A stretch of DNA of 64,000 nt from Octopus bimaculoides (Eukaryota), in NCBI RefSeq assembly GCF_001194135.2, contig NC_068988.1:15000369-15064368 (forward strand), read 5' to 3'. The notes beneath the pieces are model-generated. The model saw nothing but the letters and a program-made list of their open reading frames with translations. It searched no databases and was not told the origin of the DNA. Shown here piece after piece: positions 13,501 to 24,000 of the stretch; the stretch's first letter is position 1, and each line of letters begins with the position of its first letter. Position numbers and translations under genes: made by a program.

Positions 13501-16500
13501 GCAAACAAACAGGAAACAACTTCTATCTTATTCCAGGGTGAAAAACTAGAGGTAGTCGATAGCTTCCGCTATCTGGGCGACCAAGTTAGTAGTGGGGGTG
13601 GGTGCGCTGAAAGTGTAGCTGCTAGAATAAGAATAGCCTGGGCAAAGTTTAGAGAGCTCTTACCCCTGCTGGCGACAAAGGGACTCTCACTCAGAGTAAA
13701 AGGCAGACTGTATNNNNNNNNNNNNNNNNNNNNNNNNNNNNNNNNNNNNNNNNNNNNNNNNNNNNNNNNNNNNNNNNNNNNNNNNNNNNNNNNNNNNNNN
13801 NNNNNNNNNNNNNNNNNNNNNNNNNNNNNNNNNNNNNNNNNNNNNNNNNNNNNNNNNNNNNNNNNNNNNNNNNNNNNNNNNNNNNNNNNNNNNNNNNNNN
13901 NNNNNNNNNNNNNNNNNNNNNNNNNNNNNNNNNNNNNNNNNNNNNNNNNNNNNNNNNNNNNNNNNNNNNNNNNNNNNNNNNNNNNNNNNNNNNNNNNNNN
14001 NNNNNNNNNNNNNNNNNNNNNNNNNNNNNNNNNNNNNNNNNNNNNNNNNNNNNNNNNNNNNNNNNNNNNNNNNNNNNNNNNNNNNNNNNNNNNNNNNNNN
14101 NNNNNNNNNNNNNNNNNNNNNNNNNNNNNNNNNNNNNNNNNNNNNNNNNNNNNNNNNNNNNNNNNNNNNNNNNNNNNNNNNNNNNNNNNNNNNNNNNNNN
14201 NNNNNNNNNNNNNNNNNNNNNNNNNNNNNNNNNNNNNNNNNNNNNNNNNNNNNNNNNNNNNNNNNNNNNNNNNNNNNNNNNNNNNNNNNNNNNNNNNNNN
14301 NNNNNNNNNNNNNNNNNNNNNNNNNNNNNNNNNNACATAAAAGACACCATTTCGAGCGTGGCCGTTTTCGTGCGGGTGACACGTAAAAGCACCCACTACA
14401 CTCTCTGAGTGGTTGGCGTTAGGAAGGGCATCCAGCTGTAGAAACTCTGCCAAATCAGACTGGAGCCTGGTGTTGCCATCCGGTTTCACCAGTCCTCAGT
14501 CAAATCGTCCAACCCATGCTAGCATGGAAAGTGGACGTTAAACGATGATGATGATGATGATGATGACAAAAAGAAAACAAATTTATTTGACATCCCAATA
14601 CAAGGGAGATGGTACTCAAGAGTTCATCTCCAAGGGTAGTAACTCTGAATAATCACGGACTCAGACCGTGATGACTCAGCTAGCTAATGCATGTCAGCAG
14701 GAAAAGCAGGCGTAATATGATGTTGATGATGAAATAAATGATTAAAAAAGCATAAGAATTGATAGCAAATACTTTAAAAAATTGATATTTTACAACTTAC
14801 TTGGAAGTCAGGCACTTGTAGTGTGTAATCATCAGACACTCCTTCACTGACAAAACGTTTCTAGGAGAAATAACACAAAATAGTCAATAAATAAAGGGTT
14901 GAAAATTTTATGATTCGCTATTCACTAATATCTATTTTTTGTCAGTCGCTCCCATTAAATGGTATAGTTGTTCATACATATTATAATTCTGTTTCATCAA
15001 TTTCTCATAACAGTTTGGAAGTATACATTAGTTACTCAAGTCAACCAGGAAATTATTAAGAGCAGCCAAAATTTCCTTCATATCACACAATGCCATCTCA
15101 AAAGACAAAAGGAAAATGACAGATTGCGCAATATAGTTCTAGATACACTACAGCAAGAGAGAGAGAGAGAGAGAGATGCTTAGTGCTGGAACACTTCTGA
15201 TCACAAAGTCTGACTAATCAAAGTAGACCAGAGCTTAAACAACGTTAACATCAGATCAGCACGACTACTGGAGTACAGTAGACTGGTTAAATTCTGTTAC
15301 AAACACACATTAGGAAGCATCACTAATTATTACTTTCAATTACACCATGAATTTAGGAGCTAGATGTTAAGAAGTAAATAATTAAAAAAAAAAATGTAAT
15401 AAATAGTTTAAAAAGGAACATATATATAACAAACTAATAACAATAACTTTTACCTTCTACTTGTTTCAGTTATCAGACTGCAGTCATGCTGGAGCATTGC
15501 CTTGAAGAATTTTAGTCGAACGAATCGATTCCAGTACTTTTTTTTTAAAGACTGATATTTATTGTCGGTTTCTTTAGAAACTGCTAAATTACCAGGACAT
15601 AGAGACACCAACACCTATTATTACATGATAGTAGGCAACAAACACAAAGACACACAGTTATATATATATATATAAAATATAAGATGGGTTTCTTTCAGTT
15701 TCCATCAACCAAATCAACTCACAAGGCTTTGGCCAGCCCAAGGCTGTAGTAGAAGACACTTACCCAAGGTGCCAGGCAGTGGGACTGAACCCAGAACCAA
15801 GTGGTTGGGAAACAAGCTTCTTACCACGCAGCTATGCCAGCACCTATATGTAACTGAACATTCAATATAGCATACACCAAGTCTCTTTATGAACACTCAT
15901 CAACTTGCAGATCTCTCTATTAATGGTCCCAATCACATTTTGGAAGAGGTGTTCATTCTTATTTCGTATTTTGGTATTTTTCAAACACCTTCATATAAGG
16001 AATCTTGCTTTATTATCCATCTAGCAAATGCCTTTCTATTTAATGATATTATCAACTGTCAGATGTACAAACCTGTAAAGCTTCTTGTGGATCATCACCC
16101 AAGGTCTTGCCTTCGGCACTAATAACAAAAAAAAAAAAAAAAGATTGAAAGAACATTAATACCTTCATTGGAAAACATTCATAATGGAGAAAGTGAAAAT
16201 ATAAAGTGAAGGATGAACATTAATAACAATTTTAACTGGAAATTATGCATCACAGTTTTGATAAATACTGTCAGTGATATGTTAAATCCAATATAAGTAA
16301 AGAGCAAAATCTGACACCGTTAGTATTAAACATGACAATAATAAGTCAAAATTGTTTGACTTACAAGTGATGGGGTGATGAAATATGTTTTGTAGGATCT
16401 GATCTTATCATTGCTAATAAACTGAATAGTCATAAGTAAAACAGAAGCCATTTTTAAGAAAAGCAAATTTTAAAATTTAGTGTTGGAATTTTTCTCTATT

Positions 16501-17638
16501 TTCTTGTAATACAAAACTAAGTAAATTTATTTGTACATCAACTATAACACATATGGCACTTTATCTGAAAGAAACTACGGAATTTAGACAACTACAATTC
16601 ATACTCAGTGGACTAATACTTTTAGGAAATATGACTATTCAAATTATTAGCAATGATATAAAGATCCAAAAGAGAAGTTTCTTGCTTACAAATTTAAGAT
16701 AATATTTGATTAAATAGTCATGAGTTAACATTTGCATTACTAGATAATTCTTGCCTAAAAATGGATTCTGCCTCTGAAAAGATGTCACAGAGAAATTGTT
16801 GTTAATGCAATCATCATCATGAACCAAACCTTACAAAACAGACATCTAGAAGCAGCTGGAATAGATGGTCCGAATGTTCCAACAAGCTCTGCTTTCTTTA
16901 CAACAAGAAAATATTCTCAAATTGTTTGTAACATTAATAACTAAAAGACTGTATAAGAAACTTCGGTTCACCTGGCATATTCTTCTCGGATCACTTTTAA
17001 TACTCTTCGCACCATATTACCAATAACTGATTCTGAAGGCTGAACAGACATCATACGCTTGCCTTCTCGGCGAATCACATCCATCAACTCCCTGAAAATT
17101 TTAATAGATTTATAATTAACCAGACAAATCACAAAGAGTGAGTTCTTCAATCTTAGATAGTTTTCTCCATTTTCATTTGTTATAACAATAAACTAAATGG
17201 CTGAAGTAAAAATAATGTCTAAAATTCAAATTAAAATCAATCAAGTCAACCAACACTAGAAGTGGTTAATGATGAAAGTGAATTGAATGGAAACCATTCA
17301 TTTGAATGGCAACATTCAACACCAGCTGCTAAATCACATTACCCTATTGTCAGTCCGAAATGTCCATACTTGTTTTCAGACTTTTACTTAACCCTCGTTT
17401 CATGTTTTAAGCAATAAAAAGCTTTCCTTTCGTAAGTCTCAAGTTTACTCTGTTGGTTGAAAAAAATTGGGTATAAGCACAGGAGTGGCTGTGTGGTAAG
17501 TAGGTTGCTTACTAACAACATGGTTCCGGGTTCAGTCCCACTGCGTGGCACCTTGGGCAGGTGTCTTCTACTATAGCCTTGGGCCGACCAAAGCCTTGTG
17601 AGTGGATTTGGTAGACGGAAACTGAAAGAAGCCTGTCA

Positions 17639-17703
<65 letters not shown>

Positions 17704-20234
17704 TTGCGTTTGTTCCCCCAACATTGCTTGACAACTGATGTTGGTATGTTTACGTCCTTGTAACTTAGCAGTTCAGCAAAAGAGACCGATAGAATAAGTA
17801 CTAGGCTTACAAAGAATAAGTCCTGAGGTCGATTTGCTCGACTAAAGGTGGTTCTCCAGTATGGCCGCAGTCAAATGACTGAAACAAGTAAAAGAGTAAA
17901 AAGAGTATATACACAAACACACACATAATCGGCAGAGAATTACTTACTTGGCATTATTCCATTCATATTCAGAGATGATTTGTACAAGGAGATCAAGTAC
18001 ATGATGAGCAAGATAGTGAGAACTAAAGAAGACTCTGAAATGAAACGAATTATATAAAAAATTTTATCATTATCATCAAATTTGTTTATTAAGTAATTGT
18101 TGAAAAAAACATAGAACTTATTGTTGGAGGAAGTCCCTCACTTTTCCTAAAGGTTCCCCAGCTTTAAGGATATTGCAAAAGGCCTGGTCGGAAGCACAAC
18201 CTTCCAAGATCTTTTACAGGGCTTAGAAAAACTGAAGGACCACTGCAATAAGTGTGTGAATCTGAGAGGGGAATATGGTAGATGAAGTCATAATTATCTG
18301 AGCCCCTCGTGTGTGTCATCAGTAAGAAAAGGACATCCCATATTTAAGGCAGAAATAGAAAATTTTCAAACTATGAAGTAAACGATCTGAATCGCTGGTT
18401 TTACACACGAGTTAAAGTGTATGCTGTAATATTTGATTTAATAAGGCAGGGGTTCAGTTAGTGGTTAGGATTTACAGTTAAGGTTTAGGGTTGGGTTTAG
18501 GATAAGAGTGAAGATTAGAGTCGAGTTATAGTTGGGTCTAGGTTAGGAATGGAATATTTTAATGTATTTTAATGGGCGTTAAAAAAAATTTGAAGTGGTA
18601 AGAAAAGAATAACGGAGGAACATAAGGATCACAAACATATTTCTATCTTATTACATGACAAGATAAAAGATAGATGCTCTTATCTTTGTAACGATAATAC
18701 CGGCGGATGTCTGGAACAGCTGTCCTTCGAAGTTCGGCACTATCATGCTATTAGCTAGGCAGACAGACAGATACTTCACTAGCAGTGAGCACTTTCACTT
18801 CTGACAGCTAATAGCATGATAGTGCCTCTCTACCTTATAGTAAAAACTCCGGCGAAATGCCTACACGTGTATGAGAGAAATTTAATAATAAAAAAAGGGG
18901 AGACAGGGTCAAAATTCGGTGGAAATAAAAATAAGAGAATATATTATAGATATTTTGGTACAAAATGTGGCGTCGAATGAAATCGCATTTTATCGAGTAA
19001 ATATGTCCAATGGATCTCCGTCGGTTCCAACAATGAGTGTTGTGTATTCAAGTGTTCCACCTGTTAAATTATTTTGTTCAGGATAAATACACTTTTTGGT
19101 ATTTTTTCGTTACTACCATCATTTACGTCAACGAAGCATTGATACATTCTAAACTAATTCGACTATTAAAACCATCGGGAAACATTTGTTCTTTAAGGTA
19201 AATCTTACCTTCAAAGTGAGAAGGGTATAAAATTAAGAATTTACCAAAATACCATACAAATAAAATTTAGTAGTGGGCAGGATTTCCGCAGAAGTTTTAT
19301 ATTTTTTTGCTATGGTTACGTTTTGTTTTCATTATATAGAATCGTTTGAGCGTCGGACAAAATGCCGAGTTCTAATTCCGCCGTGGTCCAACTTCGCCTT
19401 GAATACCTCTGAGGTCGATAAAATAAAATATAACAAAAGTACTGGGGTAGATTATATCGAATTAACCCCTTACCTCAAGTGCTGGCCTTGTATCTAAATC
19501 ACAAACCATTATATTTAAACCACAGCTGTCACTAGGAAACCAGGACGACTTGCTCGTATATACCATGATTTCGCTAATTGTCTCAGATGGTCATTAGCCC
19601 CATTTAGTCACAAGCAAACACACACACCTCTAATATATCTGTGTGCGAGTATGTTAAAGGAGAAGTTTTCAAACTGTGGTTCGCGGACCACAGGGGGTCC
19701 GCAAGGACAAGACAGGGGGTCCGTGGACAGCAAATACTTTTTATGGGCAATTTGATTTTATATATGTTTTTTAATCGAAATCTTTTAATTGACAATAAAC
19801 CTATATGTTAAATAAATAAATGTAAAAATATATGTTATTTTAAGCAAATATTTATGTATAAATTTCATAAGTGTTTATAAGGGGGTCCCTAAGGTAAAGG
19901 CTGAAATATAAAGGGGGTCCGCAAGTCAAAAAGTTTGAAAACCCCTGCGTTAAAGCATAATTTCATCATCCACATTCGATTCAATTATTCATTGTGCGAA
20001 GAACAAAATGATTTTAAACAGTTTCGCAAAAAGTGATTAATGTCTATAAAAACGAAATATTACAATATGTATACACATCAAGCTTTCAAATATCAAGTAT
20101 ATAAAATATATATATATATATACATATGCATTCTAGTTGAATATAAACGTAGTTACTAACTGCGCTTTTAATTCCGACAGAAAACTTTCGATCCGTTCAT
20201 TAACATCCCTTTTATCGACATTTCCAGACGGCAT
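354..20234 (-). CDS. EIF2B2: Translation initiation factor eIF-2B subunit beta, spliced and 3'-incomplete. join(20234-20161,18034-17948,17091-16972,16118-16073,14860-14801,11883-11834,11036-10940,6885-6826,6598-6465,2333-2273,413-354)
   Basis: Exons join in frame with GT-AG ends (849 nt, 283 codons). [23 protein letters not shown]...[21 protein letters not shown]...QALEHIH...AARKRKF...[21 protein letters not shown]...FKLSPQY matches eIF2B-beta motifs. The last ~65-70 aa lie left of the window. Confidence 0.96.
645..889 (-). mobile_element. tRNA-headed SINE-like element carrying a Penelope-type hammerhead motif (copy 1; degenerate core at 699-744)
   Basis: A box TGGCATAGTGG, B box GTTCAATTC, (AAT)n linker, GACAC-CTGAAGA-A-GGCTG..CAGCC-GAAACATT-GTGTT, tail (AATGTAAAT)n. 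Confidence 0.75.
1625..1918 (+). mobile_element. SINE family B head with a different 3' end and poly(A)
   Basis: GGAGGCGCAATGGCCCAGTGGTTAGGGCAGCGG..GGTTTCGATTCCC head shared with 23440-23795; diverges after ~1815. Confidence 0.75.
2273..2333 (-). CDS. EIF2B2: EIF2B2 exon 10
   Basis: [20 protein letters not shown]; GTGAGT donor. Confidence 0.93.
2845..3552 (+). mobile_element. Degenerate RTE LINE 3' end
   Basis: [37 protein letters not shown] with stops; 3' UTR ends in (GAT)n. Confidence 0.85.
5037..5127. repeat. (TA)n microsatellite
   Basis: ~45 TA units. Confidence 0.95.
5500..5923 (+). mobile_element. SINE family A (tRNA-like head, central (TA)n(TG)n, AAAAGAGT tail)
   Basis: Near-identical to 17479-17907, 36323-36778, 9128-9732; A/B-box-like head. 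Confidence 0.85.
5960..6340 (-). mobile_element. Old RTE/RTEX-clade LINE ORF remnant
   Basis: [50 protein letters not shown] with stops. Confidence 0.75.
6465..6598 (-). CDS. EIF2B2: EIF2B2 exon 9
   Basis: [44 protein letters not shown]; GTTAGT donor. Confidence 0.95.
6826..6885 (-). CDS. EIF2B2: EIF2B2 exon 8 (60 nt)
   Basis: [20 protein letters not shown]; GTAAGT donor. Confidence 0.93.
7003..7272 (+). mobile_element. RTE 3'-UTR-only copy
   Basis: Nearly identical to 14335-14566; (GAT)n tail. Confidence 0.85.
7341..7740 (+). mobile_element. SINE family A, diverged copy
   Basis: Collinear with 5500-5923. Confidence 0.75.
8160..8535 (-). mobile_element. SINE family A, diverged copy
   Basis: Reverse complement of family A head, body and tail. 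Confidence 0.7.
9128..9732 (+). mobile_element. SINE family A interrupted by a Penelope-like fragment
   Basis: 5' half 9128-9320 and 3' half 9515-9732 match 5500-5923. Confidence 0.8.
9345..9500 (-). mobile_element. Penelope-like terminal-repeat fragment with hammerhead-like motif (9405-9431), inserted in the (TA)n tract of a SINE
   Basis: Minus strand reads CCGACGA-A-GGGC[UAC]GCCC-GAAACGUC; splits the SINE at 9128-9732. Confidence 0.55.
10251..10512 (+). mobile_element. RTE 3'-UTR-only copy
   Basis: Same 3' UTR, long (GAT)n tail. Confidence 0.85.
10940..11036 (-). CDS. EIF2B2: EIF2B2 exon 7
   Basis: [32 protein letters not shown]. Confidence 0.93.
11834..11883 (-). CDS. EIF2B2: EIF2B2 exon 6 (50 nt)
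   Basis: [16 protein letters not shown]; GTAAGT donor; phase 0 to 2. Confidence 0.88.
12725..12872 (+). repeat. Inverted copy of the EIF2B2 exon 7 3' end, donor and intron start (10813-10967)
   Basis: GTACAAATCTGTCAAAGCATTTCTTAAGGTAAATTTTGAAATTATTTCACTTTT vs exon/donor GTCCAAATCTGTCGAAGCATTTCTTAAGGTGAATTTTGAAATTAGTTCACTTTT (4 mismatches in ~54 nt), then weaker similarity. Confidence 0.85.
13531..14566 (+). mobile_element. 5'-truncated RTE LINE (gap inside)
   Basis: [61 protein letters not shown], then gap, then 3' UTR + (GAT)n. Confidence 0.9.
13714..14334. other. Assembly gap (others: 2590-2811, 21436-22069, 23002-23439, 42916-43400, 50058-50123)
   Basis: N runs. Confidence 0.99.
14801..14860 (-). 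CDS. EIF2B2: EIF2B2 exon 5 (60 nt)
   Basis: [20 protein letters not shown]; ctag acceptor, GTAAGT donor. Confidence 0.82.
15450..15840 (-). mobile_element. SINE family A, diverged copy
   Basis: Reverse complement similarity to family A. Confidence 0.7.
16073..16118 (-). CDS. EIF2B2: EIF2B2 exon 4 (46 nt)
   Basis: [15 protein letters not shown]; poly-T/tag acceptor; phase 2 to 0 fits neighbours. Confidence 0.85.
16972..17091 (-). CDS. EIF2B2: EIF2B2 exon 3
   Basis: [39 protein letters not shown]. Confidence 0.95.
17479..17907 (+). mobile_element. SINE family A
   Basis: Full length, collinear with 5500-5923. Confidence 0.85.
17948..18034 (-). CDS. EIF2B2: EIF2B2 exon 2
   Basis: [28 protein letters not shown]; tttcag acceptor, GTAAGT donor. 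Confidence 0.88.
18736..18826. repeat. Perfect 21-bp inverted repeat (hairpin)
   Basis: GGCACTATCATGCTATTAGCT (18736-18756) / AGCTAATAGCATGATAGTGCC (18806-18826). Confidence 0.9.
19660..19947. mobile_element. hAT-type MITE
   Basis: TIRs ~CAGGGGTTTTCAAAC / GTTTGAAAACCCCTG; 8-bp TSD TGTTAAAG/CGTTAAAG. Confidence 0.8.
20161..20234 (-). CDS. EIF2B2: EIF2B2 coding exon 1
   Basis: CTCACC-ATG; [24 protein letters not shown]; donor GTTAGT, phase 2. Confidence 0.88.
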
Positions 20235-21013
20235 GGTGAGAAATTGGTGTGTGTCAGTGTGTCACAATCTCCGACTTAAATAGTAACAGTTGCTGCGCAT
20301 GTGCGACAGTTTCCTCATTAACCGGTGTAAATAGACTTGAAGAGAAAATAAACAAATTTCAGAAAATAAGTATTTTTTAATCACATTCAGTTTTTATTTG
20401 AAGTAATAAGTTTCAAAAGGTTTATCTTAAGTGTCCCATCCAACAAACCCTAAGATATAGAAGCCTAAGGAAAGAGCACGACAGTTCCTTATAGAAACTT
20501 GTTGCTGTTTAGCCATGGGTCAGCTCCTATAACCAAGGTGTTCCCTTCGTAACCATCCCGTCTTTTGTTGTTGTTTTTCTTTCTTTTTAGATACAATGAA
20601 ACTAGGACATTTTCCAACGCCTGTCCTTTTTTCTAAGACGGTGTAGGGTGTGATCTGAGCGAGATTTATACTGCTATTTCTAGCAGATCCAGCGACTAGT
20701 TACAGCTCTTTTCTCATAGGCTTAAAAATGTGCTGCACCTGCAGAGCTACTTTATCTCGCTGTCTTTTCTGAACTGCTAATGTAAGAGCCTCCTCAAAGA
20801 ACTTCTTCTTGTATACAGTTATGAGGGGGTTATATGGTGTGCTTCGATCAAAACTCCACCCAATTTGTTTTCAGCCACTACACAATAAATAACAAAACCC
20901 TACACAAGCGAATGACATTTCTCTCAAGGGCAGGTAACAATGAAAACGGTAAGTGTACGAAAGGAATCGAAAATGCAGCGGAAATATATTTAGAATATTT
21001 GTAATTCATAAAA
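20235..21013. promoter_or_regulatory. Putative bidirectional promoter region EIF2B2/SETD9
   Basis: Divergent start codons ~780 bp apart; NRF1-like TGCGCATGTGCG near 20294-20305; CpGs retained locally. Confidence 0.6.
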
Positions 21014-21099
21014 ATGACCCTCAGGAGTTCTTGGATAAAGAGATGGCGACAGTACAGGCATCGATTCACACCATGGTTAGCTTTCAACTGGACTAATAG
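21014..21099 (+). CDS. SETD9: SETD9 exon 1
   Basis: MTLRSSWIKRWRQYRHRFTPWLAFNWTN. Confidence 0.88.
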
Positions 21100-24000
21100 G
21101 TAACTTTTTTTTTTTTTTTTGAAAACTTTTCTTATACTAGCAATAATAAATCTCTGAGCTACTACTTTTTTCCGAAATTCTCAGTCCTGTCTTTCGTAGT
21201 TCCTCTTATAAACATAAAAGTCATAAGCGCTTCTTCGATTCATAGGCCCCATTTACTTTGAAAGTGTTTTCCACGGAAACGAAACTTAAAAGAGAATATT
21301 AAAATTATGAAAGATGTTTCTGTTAATGAATTTTCATTTACGACTTTTAAAATATGTAAATCTGGAGAAATAAATTTTCTTTAAAAAAAAAATGAATATG
21401 TGCAGGCTTGGCTACGCAGTAAGAAGCTTGCTTCCNNNNNNNNNNNNNNNNNNNNNNNNNNNNNNNNNNNNNNNNNNNNNNNNNNNNNNNNNNNNNNNNN
21501 NNNNNNNNNNNNNNNNNNNNNNNNNNNNNNNNNNNNNNNNNNNNNNNNNNNNNNNNNNNNNNNNNNNNNNNNNNNNNNNNNNNNNNNNNNNNNNNNNNNN
21601 NNNNNNNNNNNNNNNNNNNNNNNNNNNNNNNNNNNNNNNNNNNNNNNNNNNNNNNNNNNNNNNNNNNNNNNNNNNNNNNNNNNNNNNNNNNNNNNNNNNN
21701 NNNNNNNNNNNNNNNNNNNNNNNNNNNNNNNNNNNNNNNNNNNNNNNNNNNNNNNNNNNNNNNNNNNNNNNNNNNNNNNNNNNNNNNNNNNNNNNNNNNN
21801 NNNNNNNNNNNNNNNNNNNNNNNNNNNNNNNNNNNNNNNNNNNNNNNNNNNNNNNNNNNNNNNNNNNNNNNNNNNNNNNNNNNNNNNNNNNNNNNNNNNN
21901 NNNNNNNNNNNNNNNNNNNNNNNNNNNNNNNNNNNNNNNNNNNNNNNNNNNNNNNNNNNNNNNNNNNNNNNNNNNNNNNNNNNNNNNNNNNNNNNNNNNN
22001 NNNNNNNNNNNNNNNNNNNNNNNNNNNNNNNNNNNNNNNNNNNNNNNNNNNNNNNNNNNNNNNNNNNNNGGGGGGGGGAGGACAAAAGTTTTTTTTATCT
22101 CTGTGCCCAAACAATAGCAGATCGCCTGCTATTGTTGAATCAATGATGCTACAGCATGTCGAGACAGAAAGTATAACAAAACTAGCTGATGACTCGCCTG
22201 CTTTTGAAAACTTGGATAGTCATGGGTTTGTGCACATGAGGAGTAATTCTTCAATGTCGCATATGAATTTCAATACAGGTTTTTATACGGATCCTGTAGA
22301 CGGAGGGTGAAGCGAGGCCAAACGTGAATACTAACTAACTGCTGGTACTTCAACGGACTTGTTCGCTTCATATTTCATTGAGTTTATGTGGCGGGAAAAG
22401 TGTGCGGACGGACACTTTAAACATTTGCTGGCTATCTTTCGATTTGATGTGAAGAAACGTCAAGTAAAAGCACATAGGTTTTGTTTACATCTAATCGGCC
22501 TGTTAGGGTTAGGGTTAGGGTTAGCCGATTATATTTTCCCTAGAAAAACACCACAAAATAATCGATCGATTGCACCTACATTGTTTTCTTAAACATACAC
22601 CTGAGGTATTGAACAAGGTATAGTTATGCACTTGCTCGGGCGGCCTGGTGCGTGCGGCATCGGTGACGGCAATGACTTCAGCCACGTGACGGTTCTGTTT
22701 ACATGTTAACCTACGATGTAGACCATAACGTGAGGAATATTTGTGAATGAATTCTGAATTACGCTATCATGACACCACGTGGTCTCCCGCTGACTTTTTG
22801 TGTGTGTATGTGTGTTTTTACATGTTCAACGGGTGAGGATAAACAAAGTCGCTAAAATTGTCGAATATGTACATAAAGTAACACTTTCCTGGGGGAGGTA
22901 AAGGACATGGACCACACCAGCTTCAGGTTTTTTTGTTATAGTTTTTTTCAACAGAAACCCACCTTTTCGACTACGGAGATTCTGAATCTGCAAAAAGAAT
23001 CNNNNNNNNNNNNNNNNNNNNNNNNNNNNNNNNNNNNNNNNNNNNNNNNNNNNNNNNNNNNNNNNNNNNNNNNNNNNNNNNNNNNNNNNNNNNNNNNNNN
23101 NNNNNNNNNNNNNNNNNNNNNNNNNNNNNNNNNNNNNNNNNNNNNNNNNNNNNNNNNNNNNNNNNNNNNNNNNNNNNNNNNNNNNNNNNNNNNNNNNNNN
23201 NNNNNNNNNNNNNNNNNNNNNNNNNNNNNNNNNNNNNNNNNNNNNNNNNNNNNNNNNNNNNNNNNNNNNNNNNNNNNNNNNNNNNNNNNNNNNNNNNNNN
23301 NNNNNNNNNNNNNNNNNNNNNNNNNNNNNNNNNNNNNNNNNNNNNNNNNNNNNNNNNNNNNNNNNNNNNNNNNNNNNNNNNNNNNNNNNNNNNNNNNNNN
23401 NNNNNNNNNNNNNNNNNNNNNNNNNNNNNNNNNNNNNNNGTCTCGCTTACGACGTTGAGGGTTCCAGTTGATCCGATCAACGGAACAGCCTGCTCGTGAA
23501 ATTAACGTGCAAGTGGCTGAGCACTCCACAGACACGTGTACCCTTAACGTAGTTCTCGGGGATATTCAGCGTGAGACAGTGTGACAAGGCTGACCCTTTG
23601 AATTACAGGCACAACAGAAACAGGAAGTAAGAGTGAGAGAAAGTTGTAGTGAAAGAGTACAGCAGGGTTCGCCACCATCCCCTGCCGGAGTCTCGTGGAG
23701 CTTTAGGTGTTTTCGCTCAATAAACACCCACAACGCCCGGTCTGGGAATCAAAACCGCGAGTCTGCTGCCCTAACCACTGGGCCATTGCGCCTCCACCCA
23801 TGCCAGTGTAGAAAGCAGATGTTAAACGATGATGATAATGTGTGTGTGTGAATTTCCATAATCTAAAATCAACATGTGATATGTTTGGTCTACAATTCTT
23901 TTTCTTATTTTCCCCCTTTTTTTCCTTTACTTTTGAATACAAACTATAAAATTATGTAAAAATGTATTTCTCAACAAATTTCAAACAAAAACTTGTAATT

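Noticed and set aside
16375-16402. C/D-box-like GTGATGA...CTGA
   Set aside because: Boxes are only ~20 nt apart, antisense to the host gene and lack a terminal stem.
16826-16900. Possible EIF2B2 exon ([16 protein letters not shown]..)
   Set aside because: No similarity to eIF2B-beta; 16073-16118 fits both phase and sequence better.
22503-22524. TTAGGG tract as a telomere or G-quadruplex
   Set aside because: Only three G-tracts and interstitial; not a chromosome end.
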